DNA of 64,000 bases, from assembly GCA_048013815.1 (NCBI GenBank), contig CM106586.1:18290001-18354000 (forward strand), written 5' to 3'. This document shows positions 63,561-64,000 of this stretch, in pieces. The translations under genes were made by a program, and so were the position numbers. Numbering within the stretch: position 1 is the stretch's first letter; each line of letters begins with the position of its first letter. The stretch comes from Setoptus koraiensis (lineage: Eukaryota > Animalia > Arthropoda). The notes under the pieces are model-generated. The model was not told where the DNA came from. It did not search any database and worked only from the letters and a program-made list of their open reading frames with translations.

Positions 63561-63821
63561 TCGTAGCTAAGATTTTTCCAAGATTGTGTGAATATACTCG
63601 TCTTAGTGCCACAATTTATGTGACACTGACCCACGCTTGATGCAATGTTTGCAGTGCAAACTTTGCACCGATTTGCGACGAAGCATCAGTTTTCACGAGA
63701 TTTGTCGTTGGATTTAACGGATTTTCACGGATGAAATATGTATATCGTGATGTGCCGGTGTCGAAATACAAGTTTGACAGATCGAGTTTTTTGTGAATTC
63801 TGGCGCACTCAAAATTCATAG
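63561..63821 (-). other. Exon-like segment of an unidentified gene probably entering from beyond the right edge
   Basis: Acceptor TTACCAG at 63822 and donors GTCAGT (about 63631) or GTAAGT (63560). The frame reads MNFECARIHKKLDLSNLYFDTGTSRYTYFIRENPLNP...LHQAW. No family was recognised. Confidence 0.3.
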
Positions 63822-64000
63822 CTGGTAATTGATTGATCCCAAAACAATGAATGATTAAGCTGGGTATGTTTGTTTTTATTCATTGAAACAATTGCGAGAA
63901 CATTTTAATTCTCTAATAATGAATATTTTTAACAACTTTTGAATCATGACTAGAGTTTGACTGTTAAATTTTGCTCATAAATACTGTGGTGACAATTGTA

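Overview
Eukaryotic (arthropod-like) genomic DNA with short GT-AG introns of 84-325 nt. The small introns, intron-poor housekeeping genes and Q/N-rich proteins suggest a compact mite-type genome (inference). The window has two compartments. (i) 1-7.7 kb and 16-37.6 kb are GC-rich, gene-free and saturated with microsatellites and short tandem duplications; their many long ORFs look like compositional artefacts. (ii) 7.8-15.9 kb and 37.6-64 kb are AT-richer and gene-dense. Genes I reconstructed by hand with in-frame splicing: nemy-like cytochrome b561, a 9-finger C2H2 protein, a single-exon miniature Dachsous-like cadherin, a very long Olig/Oli bHLH, Rpt6/PSMC5, a hidden 3-exon 86-aa secreted Gly/Tyr-rich peptide, a disrupted parvin, AP-3 mu, a LITAF-domain protein, GPS2, an FBXL6-like F-box/LRR protein, an ALG-2/PDCD6 penta-EF-hand protein with a spliced P/Y/Q-rich extension, an 8-exon SDR9C-type dehydrogenase, and RpL14. 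The best lead is a 4-repeat mini-Dachsous that keeps the Fat-binding EC1-4 region and the Ds tail motif, with Asp at the apparent Four-jointed phospho-site. Other leads are a parvin with TGA at a conserved Trp codon, the unannotated peptide, a possible two-isoform ALG-2/peflin-like gene, a 50-bp long-range inverted repeat, and an excess of PAR-bZIP sites in the non-coding deserts. No tRNA, rRNA, recognisable miRNA, CRISPR array or intact transposon was found. Family assignments come from recalled motifs, not database searches.
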